From: an uncultured Thermoplasmata archaeon
GTDB lineage: Archaea; Thermoplasmatota; Thermoplasmata; UBA10834
Reading direction: 5' to 3'
DNA length: 64,000 bases
Assembly: GCA_963719945.1 (NCBI GenBank)
Contig: CAVRDX010000001.1
Location: 192,001-256,000, forward strand
Positions 60,146 through 64,000 of the stretch are shown piece after piece. Position numbers and translations under genes: made by a program. Within the stretch, counting starts at the first letter, position 1. Each line of letters begins with the position of its first letter. The notes under the pieces are model-generated. The model worked only from the letters and a program-made list of their open reading frames with translations, was not told where the DNA came from and ran no database searches.

Positions 60146-60721
60146 ATGGTGTCCATACTTAGCTCAGGCACCAGTTTATCGAACGATATACGAACCGGCA
60201 ACGTCTACCTCGTGGAGGAGCGCCGGCCGAAGCTGAGCTATGAGCTTTTCGAGCATGCCCTGTCGTCGGGCTGCAACGGTATGATAATGACCCGCGAATT
60301 CCCCAAGAAGCTGCTAACTGAGAAGGAATTGGATAGCTGCAAACTCATCTGGCTCACCAACCTTGTCGGGGATGGACGAGTGAACCCGACCGCGATAGGC
60401 ATCCTGATGAGTCAGGTTCGATCTTTTATCGAAGGTCAGCCGAAATCCGTGGTAATGATCGATGGTCTGGAGTACATGATCTCACTCAACACCTATGACC
60501 GCATGCTCCAGTTCATGCATCAGCTCAGAGATCTTGTCGTCACGAACGAGAGCATCCTAGTCGTACCTATGGATCCAAGGACGGTGACGGAGAGGGAACT
60601 CGCACTGCTTGAACGGAATCTAGAGGTGCTCGTGCCCAGGGTCGATGCAGAGCTCACGGAGGAGCCTATGATCAACGCAAGTACGGGCGAGATCAGGCTC
60701 CTCGATGTCGGTAACAGATAG
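60146..60721 (+). CDS. Stand-alone DUF835 protein
   Basis: VYLVEE, GMIMTREFP, IWLTN, VMIDGLEYMISLN; start ATG 60146 downstream of TTATATA at ~60101. Confidence 0.85.
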   Translation: MVSILSSGTSLSNDIRTGNVYLVEERRPKLSYELFEHALSSGCNGMIMTREFPKKLLTEKELDSCKLIWLTNLVGDGRVNPTAIGILMSQVRSFIEGQPKSVVMIDGLEYMISLNTYDRMLQFMHQLRDLVVTNESILVVPMDPRTVTERELALLERNLEVLVPRVDAELTEEPMINASTGEIRLLDVGNR

Positions 60722-60760
60722 GCGACTTTTTAATTACAAATCCTTTCGAGGAATGATTTA

Positions 60761-61498
60761 TCAGCCTTTTTTTGGTTGAATTATGAAAAATCCTTCGAAC
60801 CAATGGATCAGGTGTCCGACATCCTGGAAGACTGCTATGCTTCCGGCCTCCCTTAATATGTCCTCCGGCACATCGCCGGTCATAACAGAGATGAATGGAA
60901 CGCCCGCGTTCTTGGCACATTGGGCATCTATGACATGATCTCCGACGAATACAGTCTCGTCCTTCTCGATGCCAAGGGCATGAACCAGTCTTAGGTATGC
61001 ATCTGGGCTCGGCTTCGGCCTCGTGTCAGAGTTTCTGCATTCCAATCCATCGACCATTTCGATGAGACCAGTTCTCTCAAGGACATGTTCTGCATATTGT
61101 CTGCATCCTCTCGTCAGGATGCCTATCCTGACACCATTCGTTTTGAGCATCTTGAGCAGTTCGACCGCTCCTTTGATGGCAATCGTCTGATCCGCCCTCT
61201 CCATCTCCACCTGGTCCATTATGGCATCCAGTTCCGCAAGTCTGCTCCTGATTGCATTTTCGGGGACACTCGATGCTCTTTGATTCTCTTCGAACTGGCC
61301 CAGGATTGTTACGATGAGGTCGGAGGGGTCGTAATTGTCTCGATCCTCCCCGTATTCCGTTATCCTATCTATCACTAGTTTTCTGAACTTGCCGAAATCG
61401 ACTTCTGACTGCACGAGAGTATCGTCGAGGTCGAATATCACCGCTCTCAACGGTCTGGTGTCCTTCATGATGGGTTGACGGAATTCTCCTTGATTCAT
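60761..61498 (-). CDS. HAD-family hydrolase (phosphoglycolate phosphatase-like)
   Basis: FDLDDTL, ILTRG, KPSP, FVGDH..D..CA..AG. Confidence 0.92.
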   Translation of the reverse strand: MNQGEFRQPIMKDTRPLRAVIFDLDDTLVQSEVDFGKFRKLVIDRITEYGEDRDNYDPSDLIVTILGQFEENQRASSVPENAIRSRLAELDAIMDQVEMERADQTIAIKGAVELLKMLKTNGVRIGILTRGCRQYAEHVLERTGLIEMVDGLECRNSDTRPKPSPDAYLRLVHALGIEKDETVFVGDHVIDAQCAKNAGVPFISVMTGDVPEDILREAGSIAVFQDVGHLIHWFEGFFIIQPKKG

Positions 61499-61619
61499 GG
61501 GGGTCCCCCAATCGGTCGTCGGAGATAAAACTCTATGGCCAGATGCTTCCAACCGATGTTATCACACATGATTCCTGGGGGAAAGGGTATATGAAAGGAC
61601 ATAGCCGATAAGGATTCAA

Positions 61620-61742
61620 GAGATTGGAAGCGGATTGAATCACGGTTTTCATATCGACCCGGATTCTGCCACTCTCCTCCCCCCACCATTCCCCCCAAGA
61701 AACGGGTCCCGGTCCGCTTTCAATCTCCGTTCCCCCCCTTTC
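61620..61742 (+). ncRNA. Candidate structured small RNA with C-rich loop
   Basis: 15-bp stem 61620-61634/61713-61727 (one G-U on the plus strand), inner stem GACCCG/CGGGTC, C-rich loop, TATA-like element ~30 nt upstream. Confidence 0.4.
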
Positions 61743-61933
61743 TGTAATGATGACTGGCATGTTCCTCAATATGCGAATTCCATGTATGGTGGCCAGCTCG
61801 ATACATTGATTGAGGGGTCCCAGCGAAGTCCTAAAATAGGTTCACCTTGATTTTCCACAAGCATGGGATATTGGAAAATAGGCCATTAGAAGCCTACCCA
61901 ATAGTCCTTAAACTGCTGTTGACGGTGTTGGAT

Positions 61934-62992
61934 TTGACTGCGAAGAAGAGGAAGGCCGCAAAGACCAAGGCTAAGTCGGAGAGTCTAGATCTCGTTCAGT
62001 TCAAGTCCGAGCTGCTCAAGATGGCAAAGGAAGTCAAGGGTCAGCTTGGACTGTACATCAAGCACGTCGAATCTGGCCAGGAACTAGCCGTTGAAGCGGA
62101 CAAGACCTATCCTCTCTCCAGCGTTTTCAAGTTAGGTGTGATGGTTGAGACATTCAGGCAGATTGAGGAAGGATCGATATCTCTTGAAGAACGGATCGAG
62201 CTGGAGCCGAGGCATTATTGCATCGGCGAAGGTGTCCTACAATACTTGTCCCCTGGCCTCAAACCGACGGTCGGAGACCTTCTTTCGCTGATGATCATAT
62301 CTACGGATAATACAGCTTCCGAGATGCTGTGGAAGAGGATTGGCATCCAGAGGGTCAACATGCTTATGCGAGAACTCGGCCTCGCCAAGACTTCCATCTA
62401 CATCCCCTACAGGGAGAGTTTCCTCATGTCCATGGGCTATGGCCCGCTAAAGGACCGAACCATACCAGAGGCTGCGAGGGCATGGGCTGGCATGTCCGAT
62501 GTCGAAAGGATGAAGACTCTGAATGAGACCGAGCGCGAGTCCGCCGGCCTCTCCATAGAAGAATTCAGGACCCGATATGCGAGCATATATGGGGTCAGGG
62601 CTGAGAAGAAGTTCAAGACACAGAGGGTGTACGACGAGGTCTTTGACAATTTGAGCACACCCAGGGAGATCGGCATAATACTCGAGAAGATCCTGAAGAA
62701 TGAGATAGTCTCACCGCAGGCCTGTCAGGCAATGCTCAAGCTCCTGATGCGTCAGAAGGACTCGACTTCGATGTCCTACCTGCTGTCCCCGGATACTCCC
62801 GTCGCACTGAAATCCGGATGGGCTGCAGCTTCACTTACAAACGCAGGCATCATATTCATATCTGCGAAATCGCACGTGATCCTCTGCACATTCTTCAAGA
62901 AGATTGAGGAAGGTCATCTTGAGAAGACTCTGGACGTAGAGGCTCGGATTGCCAGAGCGGTGTACGACTACTTCTCCCGTGTCCGCCCATGA
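61934..62992 (+). CDS. Class A beta-lactamase-like serine hydrolase
   Basis: SVFK (SxxK), STDNTA (SDN-like), KSG (KTG-like); no signal peptide; start uncertain (TTG 61934). Confidence 0.85.
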   Translation: MTAKKRKAAKTKAKSESLDLVQFKSELLKMAKEVKGQLGLYIKHVESGQELAVEADKTYPLSSVFKLGVMVETFRQIEEGSISLEERIELEPRHYCIGEGVLQYLSPGLKPTVGDLLSLMIISTDNTASEMLWKRIGIQRVNMLMRELGLAKTSIYIPYRESFLMSMGYGPLKDRTIPEAARAWAGMSDVERMKTLNETERESAGLSIEEFRTRYASIYGVRAEKKFKTQRVYDEVFDNLSTPREIGIILEKILKNEIVSPQACQAMLKLLMRQKDSTSMSYLLSPDTPVALKSGWAAASLTNAGIIFISAKSHVILCTFFKKIEEGHLEKTLDVEARIARAVYDYFSRVRP

Positions 62993-62998
62993 TCCTCG

Positions 62999-64000
62999 TC
63001 ATGAGAGCACGATGGCCCCCTTCTCGATCAGGGCAGCCTCCTTATCCGTGAGAGTTATCCTGTCTATCACGAGTATGAGTCTCGATTTTCTGTATGCGAT
63101 GACATCTTTCAGGTGATCAATCACCAATAGCGCCTTGCGAAAATCATTATATGTCACGATACTCTCGAAACCATCCAAGAGCACGATGGTGTTAGAACCG
63201 CGCTCGATGAACCTGATGATGGTATCAGTCAATATCCCGATGTTTGCAGGATTGATGACGTCCTGGCTCGCGGTGGTCGAGAGCCACAGTATAGCCGTCT
63301 TCTTTAGTCCATATTGCTCACGAATCGCGTTGGGATGCTTCCTGGCTATGATCAGTCCTTCGAGCCCACTGTTCAGCCCCTCCATCATCATCTCATATGC
63401 TCTCTTCCCGTCGCCACCCCAGACAATGTATGATTTCTTTGCTTCGAGAGTTATTGGTCTCGCATCATCCAACATTCTCTCTGGCTCGGGCGTGATAGAC
63501 GAAAACCGCTGTCTCGATCGAATGATCATGCCGAATCCGATGGCCAGAGTCGTGTATGAGCAGAAGAAGAGTATGTCTGGCAAAGACCCGATCGAGTACT
63601 CGCCAGATGCGCTCGTGAATGCATACAGGAGATCTCCAACCGTCCAGAACAGCATCGATACCGATATTGTCAGCCAATAGTCCTCGAGCCGCCCTCGCTT
63701 GTAGAACCATATCAGGATAATGAGCAGCGTCAGCATGATCGAATCGAATATGGGGTACATGCTGTACACCACTTTCTCTAGGGCAGAGATATCCGTTGAT
63801 TTCGTTGTGGTGTATACGGTAAACTCGAGCATTACACTCATCGGGACCCAGAAAGCCAGTTCTGCCGCCAGGACTGAATTAGGGATTCTTGTCCAGGTCT
63901 TTATGACTGTGGTTGCGAGGACTGCCGTTAGAATCGCATAACCGGCCAACCAGAATGCGTCCGCGAGAGTCACCGGTGGCACATCATCCATCAGATGGTG
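62999..64000 (-). CDS. Multi-TM protein with C-terminal DUF835 domain (5' end outside the window)
   Basis: ADAFWLAGY/YPIFD/GDLLY TM module, then GLIIARKHP, ILWLST, VLLDGFESIVTYNDF. Confidence 0.85.
   Translation of the reverse strand, partial: HHLMDDVPPVTLADAFWLAGYAILTAVLATTVIKTWTRIPNSVLAAELAFWVPMSVMLEFTVYTTTKSTDISALEKVVYSMYPIFDSIMLTLLIILIWFYKRGRLEDYWLTISVSMLFWTVGDLLYAFTSASGEYSIGSLPDILFFCSYTTLAIGFGMIIRSRQRFSSITPEPERMLDDARPITLEAKKSYIVWGGDGKRAYEMMMEGLNSGLEGLIIARKHPNAIREQYGLKKTAILWLSTTASQDVINPANIGILTDTIIRFIERGSNTIVLLDGFESIVTYNDFRKALLVIDHLKDVIAYRKSRLILVIDRITLTDKEAALIEKGAIVLS

Noticed and set aside
61746-61815. C/D-box sRNA (ATGATGA C-box)
   Set aside because: No CTGA D-box at a suitable distance
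1-64000. tRNA, rRNA, CRISPR array, transposase or integrase
   Set aside because: None recognised by eye; tRNAscan-SE/Infernal would be needed to exclude them formally

Overview
Archaeal chromosomal window, mostly housekeeping. The gene set (tetraether synthase, archaeal ThrRS/Rpp21/L10e/Dph2, three DUF835 proteins, clostripains, MtxX/marker-4) points to a Thermoplasmata-like genome; this is inference, not database-checked. Left to right: a lipid operon (tes-ferredoxin-geranylgeranyl reductase) divergent from a TrmB regulator; clostripain; two CPA2 antiporters around a ~1480-aa lamin-tail-domain protein; serS, yhbY, rpp21, rpl10e, dph2-mtxX-queDCE, thrS, corA; several orphan ORFs; leuA-C-D-B; pheA; a second clostripain; a membrane DUF835 gene; thrC-hom-lysC-ilvD with divergent thrB; asnA/Lrp; a non-pyrrolysine MttB x2 + corrinoid protein + pterin methyltransferase module; a peptide-type ABC transporter whose permease carries PKD domains; an 1846-aa repeat surface protein; a PAS-GAF-GAF kinase; DUF835, HAD and class A beta-lactamase-like genes. 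The most striking unannotated element is a 19-codon Leu/Ile-rich leader ORF with competing hairpins and a U-tract directly upstream of the leu operon, which looks like a ribosome-mediated attenuator in an archaeon. A candidate structured sRNA with a C-rich anti-SD-like loop lies at ~61.6-61.75 kb. No tRNA, rRNA, CRISPR array or transposase was recognised.
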